Part shown: positions 1 to 8,966 of the stretch, one piece after another
Layout: every line of letters starts with the position of its first letter
Numbering within the stretch: position 1 is the stretch's first letter
Origin: Limisphaerales bacterium
GTDB lineage: Bacteria > Verrucomicrobiota > Verrucomicrobiia > Limisphaerales > SXTU01
Length of the DNA: 64,000 nt
Reading direction: 5' to 3'
Assembly: GCA_009773355.1 (NCBI GenBank)
Contig: WRPG01000001.1
Location: 270,529-334,528, forward strand
Notes under the pieces: generated by a model
Database searches by the model: none
The model's input: the letters and a program-made list of their open reading frames with translations, nothing else
Told to the model about the DNA's origin: nothing
Translations under genes and position numbers: made by a program

Positions 1-1
1 G

Positions 2-1810
2 CTCGAGCAAGGCTCGCCCATCGTCGCCATGGGCAACCCGCGCGGCCTCGACTTCAGCGTCGTCTCCGGCGTCGTCTCCGCCCGCCGCGAGGTCAAGACC
101 GGCGACCTCGACGCCGACGCGATGATTCAGCTCGCCATCCCCATCGAGCCGGGCAACAGCGGCGGCCCGCTCCTCGACATGGCGGGCCGCGTCCACGGCA
201 TCCTCACGCTCAAGTCCGCGCTCACGGAAAACCTCGGCTTCGCGATGCCCATCAACTCGCTCAAGCCGCTCCTCGCCAAGCCCAACCCCACGCCCATCGC
301 CCGCTGGCTCACCATCGGCAACCTCAACCCCCGCGAGTGGCAGCCCCTCCTCGGCGCGCGTTGGTCGCAGAAGGCCGGGCGCATCTCCGTCGAGGGCACG
401 GGCAAAGGCTTCGGCGGTCGCGCCCTCTGCCTGAACCAACGCGAAGTCCCCGCCGTCCCCTACGAAATTGCCGTGACCGTGAAGCTCGACAGCGAGAGCG
501 GTGCCGCCGGCCTCATCTTCTCCGCCGACGGCGGCGACCTCCACTACGGCTTCTACCCCACCGCCGGCCAGCTCCGCCTCACGCGCTTCGACGGCCCGAC
601 CGTCTATTCGTGGGCGATTCTGAAGACCGTCCCCTCGCCCCACTACCGCGCGGGCGACTGGAACACCATCAAGGTCCGCGTCGAGAAGGACCGCCTCCTC
701 TGCTACGTCAACGACCAGCTCGCCATCGAGTCCGACGACGCCACCCTGCGCACCGGCAAGGTCGGCCTCGCCAAGTTCCGCGACACCAAGGCCGCCTTCA
801 AAAACTTTCAGGTCGCCAAGACCATCCCCTCCGCCGCCACGACCGCAGGCTTGGAGCAAGACCTCATCAAGCAGCTCGAAGCCCTCACCACGCCGCCGAG
901 CGACAAGCTCCTGCTCTCCCTCCAGACTAACGCCGCCGCCAGCCGCGCCGTCCTCACCGCGCGCGCCGACCGCTTGGAGAAGGAAGTCAGCCAGCTCCGC
1001 ACGCTCGCGCGCACTGTCCACCGCCGCGACATCCAAGCCGCCCTGCTCCGCGAACTCGACCAGCCCGAGACGAAGATTGACCTCTTCCACGCCGCGCTCC
1101 TCCTCGCCAAGCTCGACAACGAAGAACTCGACCTCGCCGCCTACCGCCGGCAGCTCGACGACATGGCCCGCGACATCACCGCCCAGCTCGCCGCCATGCC
1201 CGACGAAGAGACCAAGTTGAAAGCCCTCAAGAAATTTCTCTTCGAGGAAAACGGCTTCCACGGCAGCCGCGCCGACTACAACAACCGCGCCAACTCCTAC
1301 ATCAACGAAGTCCTCGACGACCGCGAGGGCATCCCCATCACCCTCTCCGTCGTCTTCCTCGAACTCGCCCGCCGCATCGGCCTCGACACCGTCAGCGGCG
1401 CGCCCGTGCCCGGCCACTTCATGGTCCTCCACCGCCCCAAGATGGGGAACCGCCAGCTCCTCGACATCTTCGATGGCGGAGTGACCGTCCCGCCCAAGCG
1501 CGAAGAGGAACTCCGCCTCACCGACGAAGACCTTCAGCCCGCCACCAAGCGCTCCATCATCGTCCGCATGTTGCGCAACCTCATCTCCGGCGCGCGCGCC
1601 ACGCAGGACGCCGCCGCCATGCTCCGCTACCAGGAACTCATTGTCGCCCTCGCCCCCGAGTCCCCCGGCGACCGCATCGGCCGCGCCCTGTTGCGCCTGC
1701 AAAACGACGACCCCGAAGGCGGCCGCCTCGACCTCCTCTGGCTCCTGGAGAACCGCCCCCGCGGCGTTGACCTCGAGCGCATCGAGCAGCTCCTCCGTTC
1801 GCTGCGCTGA
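2..1810 (+). CDS. Multidomain protein, 5'-partial: trypsin-like (HtrA/DegP-type) serine protease C-terminal part + DUF1080-like domain + SirB1/transglutaminase-like-TPR domain
   Basis: The frame stays open to the window edge (LEQGSPIVAMGNPRGLDFSVVSGVVSA). Catalytic-Ser motif GNSGGPL. Central DUF1080-like segment (WNTIKVRVEKDRLLCYVND). C-terminal SirB1-like segment (GIPITLSVVFLELARRIGL). Stop at 1808-1810. Confidence 0.8.
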   Translation, partial: LEQGSPIVAMGNPRGLDFSVVSGVVSARREVKTGDLDADAMIQLAIPIEPGNSGGPLLDMAGRVHGILTLKSALTENLGFAMPINSLKPLLAKPNPTPIARWLTIGNLNPREWQPLLGARWSQKAGRISVEGTGKGFGGRALCLNQREVPAVPYEIAVTVKLDSESGAAGLIFSADGGDLHYGFYPTAGQLRLTRFDGPTVYSWAILKTVPSPHYRAGDWNTIKVRVEKDRLLCYVNDQLAIESDDATLRTGKVGLAKFRDTKAAFKNFQVAKTIPSAATTAGLEQDLIKQLEALTTPPSDKLLLSLQTNAAASRAVLTARADRLEKEVSQLRTLARTVHRRDIQAALLRELDQPETKIDLFHAALLLAKLDNEELDLAAYRRQLDDMARDITAQLAAMPDEETKLKALKKFLFEENGFHGSRADYNNRANSYINEVLDDREGIPITLSVVFLELARRIGLDTVSGAPVPGHFMVLHRPKMGNRQLLDIFDGGVTVPPKREEELRLTDEDLQPATKRSIIVRMLRNLISGARATQDAAAMLRYQELIVALAPESPGDRIGRALLRLQNDDPEGGRLDLLWLLENRPRGVDLERIEQLLRSLR

Positions 1811-1848
1811 ACCCGAACTCCCCAGCCCCTCCGCAAGCACTCCGACCG

Positions 1849-3045
1849 CTACTTGGCCTGCTTCGCATCCGGCTTCTTCGCCTTGTCGGGCTGCGAGAGC
1901 TTGGCGCGGAGGGCGGATTGGAACTCCTTGAAGTTCAGGTCCACCACGGTGAATCCGTCCTTGCGCGGGGATCTGGCCAGCAGCTTCTCCAGCCGCGCGG
2001 TGCGCTCGGGCGTGGCGGGGTGCGTGCTGAGGAACTCCAGCGCGTCCAGCGCGTCGCCGCCGGGGAGCTTCTCGCGCAGTTTCGCCTCCTCGCGGCGCAG
2101 CTTCTCGAAGAAGGTGATGATGCCGCGCGGGTTCAGCTTCGCGGCTTCGAGGTAGCGGAAGCCCTGTTCGTCCGCCTCGCGCTCGTGGTCGCGGGAGAAC
2201 TTCTGCGTGAGCAGGAAGGGCGCGTGGTCAACCAGGATGGCCGCCAAGCCCGAGGCATCGCCGAAGAAGGTGGTGACGATGGCGTAGAGGCCCAGGCCCT
2301 GGACGATGCCTCGCACACCGTGCTGCTGGGTGACGTGGGAGATCTCGTGCGCGAAGACGCCGAGGACTTCCTCGGGCGTGTCCGCCGCGAGAAGGAGGCC
2401 GGTGTGGAAGACGACGTTGCCGCCGGGCAGGGCGAAGGCGTTGAACGAGGCATCCTCGACGAGGTGCAGCTTGAACTGGTAGCGGTCCTGCGGCACGGCG
2501 GCGAGGAGCGGCGCGGCGAGCTGCTCGAACTGCTTCCTCACGACCGCGTCGGTGACGAGCTTGCGGCCGAGGCTGACCTGCGTGAAGGCGGTGTCGCCGA
2601 GCTTCTGCTCCCACTCGACGGGCACCTGGCGGGCGACGGCCCTGACCATCGGGTCTTTCGCCAGCCACACGCCCGCGATGGCCGCGACGAGAAGCGTGAG
2701 GATGCCGAAGGTGATGCAGCGCGAGACGAGCTTGCGGCGGCGAATGCGGTCGCGCGCCCGGACGAGCGCGGGGTTCTGCGCGAAGGCCGGGTGGCTGAGG
2801 ATGGCCTGGTCGGACGTGAAGATGGAGGCCTTGGGAAAGCTCGTGTGGGCGAAGAAGACCAGCCGGTCGCTCGCGCCGCCCATCGTGACCTGCACGCCCT
2901 CGAGGGGAAACGCGAGGAAGGCGTCGTCGCCCGCGAAGTTCACCATGCCGCCGTCAATGCGCAGCGTGCCCGCGATGCGGCGCGTGCCATGCTCCGGGAG
3001 AAACGCGCCGGCCTCGAAGGAGTCGGGAGTCGAGCGGGTGGGCAT
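1849..3045 (-). CDS. M48 family zinc metallopeptidase with N-terminal cytoplasmic domain and one TM segment
   Basis: 398-aa ORF. HExxH motif FAHEISHVTQQH. TM segment ITFGILTLLVAAIAGVWL. ATG at 3045. Confidence 0.85.
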   Translation of the reverse strand: MPTRSTPDSFEAGAFLPEHGTRRIAGTLRIDGGMVNFAGDDAFLAFPLEGVQVTMGGASDRLVFFAHTSFPKASIFTSDQAILSHPAFAQNPALVRARDRIRRRKLVSRCITFGILTLLVAAIAGVWLAKDPMVRAVARQVPVEWEQKLGDTAFTQVSLGRKLVTDAVVRKQFEQLAAPLLAAVPQDRYQFKLHLVEDASFNAFALPGGNVVFHTGLLLAADTPEEVLGVFAHEISHVTQQHGVRGIVQGLGLYAIVTTFFGDASGLAAILVDHAPFLLTQKFSRDHEREADEQGFRYLEAAKLNPRGIITFFEKLRREEAKLREKLPGGDALDALEFLSTHPATPERTARLEKLLARSPRKDGFTVVDLNFKEFQSALRAKLSQPDKAKKPDAKQAK

Positions 3046-3048
3046 GGG

Positions 3049-3480
3049 TCAGTCGGCGAAGGCGAGCAACAACACCACCACGAGGAATCCAATGCCCGGA
3101 ACGAGAGCGAGCAGCGCCAGCGGCCCGGATTTGCCGCGCGCCTCGCAGAGCTTCCAGAGGAGGAACACGCTGGCGACGACGTTCACAAACGGGATGAAGA
3201 ACAACACGATGAGCCACACCGGCTGCTTCGCGGCTTCGAGCAGCGGAATCAGGTGGGCGATGGGAATCCAAATCAGGATGCCCGGCGTGGTCCCGATCTT
3301 CTCGCAGATGCGTTTGAAGCAAAAGCTCATGAACACATGGACCACAAGGGCGAAGAACAGCACCGCGAGGAGCACGGCGATGCTGAAGCCGAGGGCGGCG
3401 GCCTTCTGCACGCCGGAGGCCGAGCCGCCTTGCTGGACGAGGAAGTTGAACAACGGACTGTCAAGGAGGGGCAGGTTCAT
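3049..3480 (-). CDS. Small multi-pass membrane protein (DUF5684-like), probably co-transcribed with the M48 peptidase
   Basis: 143-aa ORF with 3-4 hydrophobic helices. Its stop lies 3 nt upstream of the M48 start. The family assignment is tentative. Confidence 0.6.
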   Translation of the reverse strand: MNLPLLDSPLFNFLVQQGGSASGVQKAAALGFSIAVLLAVLFFALVVHVFMSFCFKRICEKIGTTPGILIWIPIAHLIPLLEAAKQPVWLIVLFFIPFVNVVASVFLLWKLCEARGKSGPLALLALVPGIGFLVVVLLLAFAD

Positions 3481-3687
3481 GGTGTTGGTCGGGTTGAGTC
3501 AGCCAGGCACATTTGAGTTTCGGAACGTGCGCAGAGTGAGAGAGCGGCGCGGGGGATTCAATGCCGAAAGGCGGGACGCTACAAGCGCGGCCCTCCGGGC
3601 CGCAGAGAAGTGCCCCGCTCGGCACGCACTCAAGCATCTGCGCGCCGCATTACCCCCCAGCCTGCTGCGGCCCGGAGTGCCGCGCTC

Positions 3688-4863
3688 CTACTGCTTCAGC
3701 CCGCGCACGAAGTTGTCCATGCGCGCGAGGCCCTTCTCGATGTTCGCCATGCTGGTGGCGTAGCTCAGGCGGATGTAGTCGTCCGCGCCGAAGGCGATGC
3801 CTGGGACGGCGGCGACCTTCTCCTGTTCGAGCAAGCGTGCGCAGAACTCGGTGGATTTGAGGCCGGTGCCGCTGATGTTCGGAAAGAGGTAGAACGCACC
3901 TTTCGCGTTGGCGCAGGTGATGCCGGGCATGGCGTTGAGCTTCGCGTGCGCGAAGCTGCGGCGCTTGGCGAACTCGACGAGCCAGCCCTTCAAGTGTTCC
4001 TGCGAGCCGTTCAACGCGGCGACCGCGCCCTTCTGCGCGAAGCTCGTCGGGTTGCTCGTGCTGTGGCCTTGGATGGCGTCAATGGCCTTGGCAATCGGCT
4101 CCGGCGCGGCGGTCCAGCCCAGCCGCCAGCCCGTCATGCTCCACGCCTTCGCGAAGCCGTGGACGATGATGGTGTGCTCGAAGTGCGCCGGGCTGAAGCT
4201 CGCGACGCTCTTCACCACCGCGCCGTCGTAAGTGAGGTGCTCGTAAATCTCGTCGCTCATGATGAGCACGCCCTTTTCCACGCACACGTCGCCGAGCGCC
4301 TTGATTTCCTCGGGCGAATAGACGCTGCCGGTCGGGTTGCTCGGGGAGTTGAGGATGAAGAGCCGGGTGTTCGGCGTGATGGCCGCGCGAAGCTGCGCGG
4401 GCGTGACCTTGAACTCGGACTTGTCCGTCGTCTCGATAATGACCGGCTTGGCGCTGGCGAGCTTGACCATCTCGGGATAGCTCAACCAATACGGCGCGGG
4501 GATGATGACCTCGTCGCCCTCCTGGCAGGTGGCCATGATGACGTTGTAGCAGGAATGCTTGCCGCCGCAGGAGACGATGATTTGCGACGGCTTGTAAGTC
4601 AGGCCGTTCTCGCGCTGGTGCTTGTCCGCGATGGCCTGCCGCAGCTCGGGAATGCCGGCGGCGGGCGTGTATTTCGTGAAACCGGCGGCGAGCGCGGCGG
4701 CACAGGCGTCCTTGATGTGCTGCGGCGTGTCGAAGTCCGGCTCGCCCGCGCCGAAGCCCACCACGTCAATGCCCTCGGCCTTCATCGCCTTGGCCTTGGA
4801 ATCAATGGCCAGCGTGAGCGAGGGCGAGAGGACTTTGGCGCGGTCGGCGATGCGATAGTTCAT
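3688..4863 (-). CDS. Class I pyridoxal-phosphate aminotransferase (aspartate aminotransferase-like)
   Basis: Motifs NSPSNPTGSVYS and HGFAKAWSMTGWRLGW (PLP-Lys region). I prefer the internal ATG at 4863 (MNYRIADRAKVLSPSL) over the track start at 4947. Confidence 0.9.
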   Translation of the reverse strand: MNYRIADRAKVLSPSLTLAIDSKAKAMKAEGIDVVGFGAGEPDFDTPQHIKDACAAALAAGFTKYTPAAGIPELRQAIADKHQRENGLTYKPSQIIVSCGGKHSCYNVIMATCQEGDEVIIPAPYWLSYPEMVKLASAKPVIIETTDKSEFKVTPAQLRAAITPNTRLFILNSPSNPTGSVYSPEEIKALGDVCVEKGVLIMSDEIYEHLTYDGAVVKSVASFSPAHFEHTIIVHGFAKAWSMTGWRLGWTAAPEPIAKAIDAIQGHSTSNPTSFAQKGAVAALNGSQEHLKGWLVEFAKRRSFAHAKLNAMPGITCANAKGAFYLFPNISGTGLKSTEFCARLLEQEKVAAVPGIAFGADDYIRLSYATSMANIEKGLARMDNFVRGLKQ

Positions 4864-4949
4864 AAAGCGGGGCGGAGGTTTGGGCAGCGCGCGGGCGTGC
4901 GCAAGGGGAAATTGGGCGGTGAAAAGCGGCAGGCCAGCGACGCGCATTC

Positions 4950-5023
4950 GGTGGGGCGAGCGTCCTCGCGAGCCGTTTCCCTACCAACCGAATGGCCCGG
5001 CTCGCGAGGACGCTCGCCCCACC
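4950..5023. repeat. Perfect 26-bp inverted repeat (REPIN-like hairpin) with a 22-nt loop
   Basis: GGTGGGGCGAGCGTCCTCGCGAGCCG (4950-4975) is the exact reverse complement of 4998-5023. Each arm contains its own small palindrome (GCGAG cgtc CTCGC). Confidence 0.95.
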
Positions 5024-5089
5024 AACCTCTGTCGGGTGACAGTGTGGCAGGAGCGGCTGTAAGGTTTAAGCTGCTCAACCGACTCACTG

Positions 5090-5905
5090 ATGCCGCACGA
5101 CGCGGCACCGAGCCAAATCATGAACTCATCCACCACGCTCTCCCACCCCGCCGAGCCGCTCGCCCGGCCCGCTCCCGAGCCGGTCATCCTCGTGCTGGCG
5201 GACATCAGCGGCTACACGCGCTACATGACGGCCAACGCCACCTCGCTCGCCCACAGCCAGCTCATCATCACGGAGTTGTTCACCGCCATCCTGCGCGAGG
5301 TGGAGCTGCCGCTCGCAGTGGCGGAAGTCGAGGGCGACGCGGTGTTCCTGTATGGCCGCAAGCAGTTCTGTCCGATGCCGACGGACGAGGCGAGGCGCGT
5401 CATCGGCGCGCGGCTGGCGCGGTTCCTCGACATCTTCGCGGCCAAGGTGCTTGAACTCAGCCAGGGCAATCACTGCACCTGCGGCGCTTGCACGCACCTG
5501 CCCCAGCTCAAGCTCAAGGTGCTCGTCCACAGCGGCGAGGCGCTCTTCTACGAGCTGGCGGGCTTCCGCAAGCTCTCGGGGGTGGACGTGATTCTCGCGC
5601 ACCGGCTGCTGAAGAATTCCGTGCCGCACAAGCACTACCTCATGCTCACCGAGGCGGCGCGCGCGGACGTGGAACTGCCCGCGCATTTGGAGGCGTCCGA
5701 GGGCGTCGAGTCGTATGAGGACATCGGGGAGATTCGCACGCACATCTTTCTGCCGCGCGGGGCGCGTCCACCGGAGGCAGCGGCACGGCCCAGGACAACT
5801 TGGCGGGACCGCGCGCGCTGGCAGGCGGGCCTGTGGTGGACGCCGCTGGTCGAGCGATTGCGACGGCTGCGCGGCGGGACTCGCGAGTTGAAGGTGGCGG
5901 CGTGA
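5090..5905 (+). CDS. DUF2652 family protein (class III nucleotidyl-cyclase-like fold)
   Basis: ILVLADISGYTRYM, EVEGDAVFLYG and VLVHSGEALFYE..GVDVILAHRLLKN resemble cyclase-homology motifs. Cys cluster CTCGAC. An alternative start is the ATG at 5120. Confidence 0.75.
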   Translation: MPHDAAPSQIMNSSTTLSHPAEPLARPAPEPVILVLADISGYTRYMTANATSLAHSQLIITELFTAILREVELPLAVAEVEGDAVFLYGRKQFCPMPTDEARRVIGARLARFLDIFAAKVLELSQGNHCTCGACTHLPQLKLKVLVHSGEALFYELAGFRKLSGVDVILAHRLLKNSVPHKHYLMLTEAARADVELPAHLEASEGVESYEDIGEIRTHIFLPRGARPPEAAARPRTTWRDRARWQAGLWWTPLVERLRRLRGGTRELKVAA

Positions 5906-5922
5906 ACCGCTATTGAACCCGC

Positions 5923-6543
5923 GTGCAAAGCCCGTCCGCCGATTCAAGTGCCGCGCGCCTCGCCGACCCGGAAGCGTGGGTGGACGAGTATGGCGACTAC
6001 CTGTTCCGCTACGCGCTGGTGCGGCTGCGGGACGAGTCGCTGGCCGAGGACATGGTGCAGGAGACGTTTCTGGCCGCGCTGAAAAGCGATGCGGCCTTCG
6101 CCGGACGGTCCGCGCCGAAGAGCTGGCTGGTCGGCATCTTGAAGAACAAAATCGTGGACCACTACCGCAAGGCGAGCCGGGAAACTCCGTTCACCGACCT
6201 GGAGTTCATGGCGGACGAACAGAGTGACCGGTTCATCCCGGACGGATTGTTCAAGGACGCCTGGATTCACGAGCTTGGTCCGCTGGAATGGTCGCCCGCG
6301 CCCGGAGCCGGGCTGGACAGCGAGGCGTTTTGGAAAACCTTCCACGAGTGCTCCGGCAAACTGCCGCGCAAGGTCGCGCGCGTCTTCCTGTTGCGCGAGG
6401 TGGACGACGTGTCCACGGAGGAGATTTGCGCGCTGCTGGACATCAAGCCGAACCATCTCTGGGTGATGCTGCACCGCGCGCGGATGGCGTTGCGCGCGTG
6501 CCTGGAGGCGAACTGGTTCGCGCGACCGGAGGGCAAGCCATGA
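5923..6543 (+). CDS. ECF-type RNA polymerase sigma-70 family factor
   Basis: Region 2 (AEDMVQETFLAALKS) and region 4 (ICALLDIKPNHLWVMLHRARMALRACL). GTG start. Confidence 0.9.
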   Translation: MQSPSADSSAARLADPEAWVDEYGDYLFRYALVRLRDESLAEDMVQETFLAALKSDAAFAGRSAPKSWLVGILKNKIVDHYRKASRETPFTDLEFMADEQSDRFIPDGLFKDAWIHELGPLEWSPAPGAGLDSEAFWKTFHECSGKLPRKVARVFLLREVDDVSTEEICALLDIKPNHLWVMLHRARMALRACLEANWFARPEGKP

Positions 6544-6845
6544 AGCCCGGCCCCGTCAAAATGTGGTTCATCACCTGGGTCTGGAACCACACGCCGACGT
6601 GCAAGGAAGTCACGCGCCTCGCCTCGCAACGGCTGGACGGCCCGCTCCCGCTCTCGACGCGCCTGCGCGTGTGGCTGCACACGACGATTTGCGCCTGGTG
6701 CAAGCGCTACCTTGAGCAGGTGAAGCTCGTGCGCGACGCCGCGCCCGGTTACGCGGACAAGGTCGAGCAGGCGTCGGAGAAATCCCTCTCAGCCGATGCC
6801 AAAGCGCGAATGAAGCGGGCGATGCGGGAGAAGGATGCCGAGTGA
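6540..6845 (+). CDS. Anti-sigma factor, zinc-finger (ZAS, zf-HC2-like), soluble
   Basis: Its ATG overlaps the sigma-factor stop (ATGA at 6540-6543). HxxxCxxC motif HTTICAWC plus an upstream Cys (TPTCKEV). 101 aa. Confidence 0.75.
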   Translation: MKPGPVKMWFITWVWNHTPTCKEVTRLASQRLDGPLPLSTRLRVWLHTTICAWCKRYLEQVKLVRDAAPGYADKVEQASEKSLSADAKARMKRAMREKDAE

Positions 6846-6893
6846 GCGCGAACTGGTTGTAAGTTTTCCCCTGCTGCTCCGACTCACTTCCAA

Positions 6894-7445
6894 ATGAAAC
6901 ACCTGAAACTCTACTCCCTGCTCGCCTCCACCATCCTCTTCGCCGCGTTGTTCGCGACCGCGCCGATGGCCCGCGCCAACCCCGACGACTTCACCCTCCA
7001 GTCCGCGACCAGCAAGGCGACGTTCAAGCTGTCGGACGCCAAGGGCAAATATGTCGCGCTGCATTTCCTGCTCAAGACGGAGTGCCCGCTGTGCCTGCGC
7101 CACACGCGGGATTATTTCGCCAAGGCCGCCACGCTGCCCAACGTGGTCCAGGTCTTCGTGAAGCCCGACACCGACGCGGAGATCAAGGCTTGGGCCGGCA
7201 AGCTCCCCGCTGACGAGCTGGCCCGGCATCCGGTTTACCGCGACCCGGACGCGAAGCTCGCCAAGGCGTTCAACATCCCCGGCGGCTACAAGTTCCACGG
7301 GCAGGTCGTGCATTTCCCCGCGACGGTGCTGCTGGATCCAGCCGGCAAGGAAGTCTTCCGCCACGTCGGCAAGAGCAACAGCGACCGACTGTCGTTTGAG
7401 AAGCTGGCCGAGAAAATCGGCGGACTCACCAAGCCCAAGCCGTGA
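6894..7445 (+). CDS. Secreted thioredoxin-fold protein (AhpC/TSA/redoxin family)
   Basis: Signal peptide MKHLKLYSLLASTILFAALFATAPMARA. CxxC motif TECPLCLRH. 183 aa. Confidence 0.8.
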   Translation: MKHLKLYSLLASTILFAALFATAPMARANPDDFTLQSATSKATFKLSDAKGKYVALHFLLKTECPLCLRHTRDYFAKAATLPNVVQVFVKPDTDAEIKAWAGKLPADELARHPVYRDPDAKLAKAFNIPGGYKFHGQVVHFPATVLLDPAGKEVFRHVGKSNSDRLSFEKLAEKIGGLTKPKP

Positions 7446-7525
7446 GGCATGAAGAGCGGCTGCCAAGAAACTGCCACGGCCGCGCTGAACACGTCGGGGC
7501 GCGTTCGCGTCAGGTTTTCAGTCTT

Positions 7526-8872
7526 ATGCTGAAAATCTTCGGCTCCTCCTCCGGCAAACTGTGCGACGGAACTTCACGCCGCGACTTCCTCCGCGTCGGG
7601 GCGCTGGGCATGAGCGGGCTAGCGCTGCCGCAGTTGCTGGAGGCCGAAGCGCTCGCGGGGATCGGCAAGTCGCACAAGGCGGTCATCATGATTTACCTGG
7701 TCGGCGCGCCGCCGCATCAGGACATGTATGACCTGAAGATGGACGCGCCCGCCGAAGTGCGCGGCCCGTTCCGGCCCATCAAAACCAACGTCCCCGGCAT
7801 CGAGATTTGCGAGCACCTGCCGCGTTTGGCGCGCATCATGGACAAGCTGGTGCCGCTGCGCTCCGTCTATGGCTCGCCCGACGGCGACCACGATTCCTTC
7901 ATCTGCTACACGGGCCGGCACAAGCGCATTCAGCCGCCCGGCGGCTGGCCGGCCATCGGCTCCGTTGTCTCGAAGCTGCAAGGAGCGGTGGACAAGTCCG
8001 TCCCGCCGTTCGTCGGCCTCGCGCCGAAGGCGGGGCATCCGCCGTATGGCTCGCCCGGCCTGCCCGGCTGTCTTGGCGCGCCGCAGGCGGCGTTCCGTCC
8101 GGCGGGCGAGGGCATGAGCGACCTCACGCTGAACGAGATTTCCCCCGCGCGCCTCAACGACCGCAAGTCACTGCTCGCCTCCTTCGACCACTTCCGGCGC
8201 GACGTGGACAACAGCGGCGTGATCGAGGGCCTCGACGCCTTCCAGCAGCGCGCGCTTGGGATGCTGACTTCCAGCAAGCTCGCCGAGGCGCTCGATCTCT
8301 CGAAGGAGGACGCGAAGACGCGGGAGCTTTACGGCAAGGGCTTCACGGGCAACTACGGTGACGGCGCGCCGCGCAACCTGGAGCACTTCCTCATGGCCCG
8401 CCGCCTCGTCGAAGCTGGTGCGCGGGTGGTGACGTTGAACTTTGGTCGCTGGGACTTCCACTCGGACAACTTCAACGAGGCGAAGAACACGCATCTGCCC
8501 TACTTCGATCAAGGCATGGCGGCGCTGGTGCAGGACTTGCACGACCGGGGCATGGACAAGGACGTGGCGGTGGTCGCGTGGGGCGAGTTCGGCCGCACGC
8601 CGACCATCAACAAGGACGCGGGTCGCGACCACTGGCCGCGCGTGGGCGGCGGCCTGTTGGCGGGCGGCGGCTTCCGCACCGGACAGGTCATCGGCGCGAC
8701 GGACCGGCTGGGCGGGGAGATCGCTGAGCGCGGCGTCCACTTCGGCGAGGTCTTCGCATCGCTCTACAAGCACCTGGGCCTCGACCCGCACGACACGACC
8801 TTCACGGACCTTTCCCGTCGCCCGCATCCACTGGTGGACTACCAGCATGAGGTGATGAAGGAGCTGGTTTGA
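7526..8872 (+). CDS. DUF1501 domain protein (sulfatase/alkaline-phosphatase superfamily), Tat signal
   Basis: Twin-arginine signal SRRDFLRVGALGMSGLALP. GRDHWP motif near the C-terminus. I prefer the ATG at 7526 over the track start at 7442. Confidence 0.85.
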   Translation: MLKIFGSSSGKLCDGTSRRDFLRVGALGMSGLALPQLLEAEALAGIGKSHKAVIMIYLVGAPPHQDMYDLKMDAPAEVRGPFRPIKTNVPGIEICEHLPRLARIMDKLVPLRSVYGSPDGDHDSFICYTGRHKRIQPPGGWPAIGSVVSKLQGAVDKSVPPFVGLAPKAGHPPYGSPGLPGCLGAPQAAFRPAGEGMSDLTLNEISPARLNDRKSLLASFDHFRRDVDNSGVIEGLDAFQQRALGMLTSSKLAEALDLSKEDAKTRELYGKGFTGNYGDGAPRNLEHFLMARRLVEAGARVVTLNFGRWDFHSDNFNEAKNTHLPYFDQGMAALVQDLHDRGMDKDVAVVAWGEFGRTPTINKDAGRDHWPRVGGGLLAGGGFRTGQVIGATDRLGGEIAERGVHFGEVFASLYKHLGLDPHDTTFTDLSRRPHPLVDYQHEVMKELV

Positions 8873-8966
8873 ATGGTCGGCTGCAGGCGGTTATTGCCAT
8901 CGGCCAAAACGCATCTTGACCCTTCTTTCCCGTCCGTTAGCTTCTCTCAGTCAACCCGACGAATTT

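Noticed and set aside
3610-5454. 614-aa plus-strand ORF, and similar long shadows such as 26117..28375, 51528..53225, 33665..35299, 17332..18888 and 11693..13495
   Set aside because: Each is antisense to a gene with strong family motifs (aminotransferase, FdhA-like, ActP, disulfide reductase, gnd, rpoD). All have low-complexity Arg/Gly/Ala/Glu/His-rich translations.
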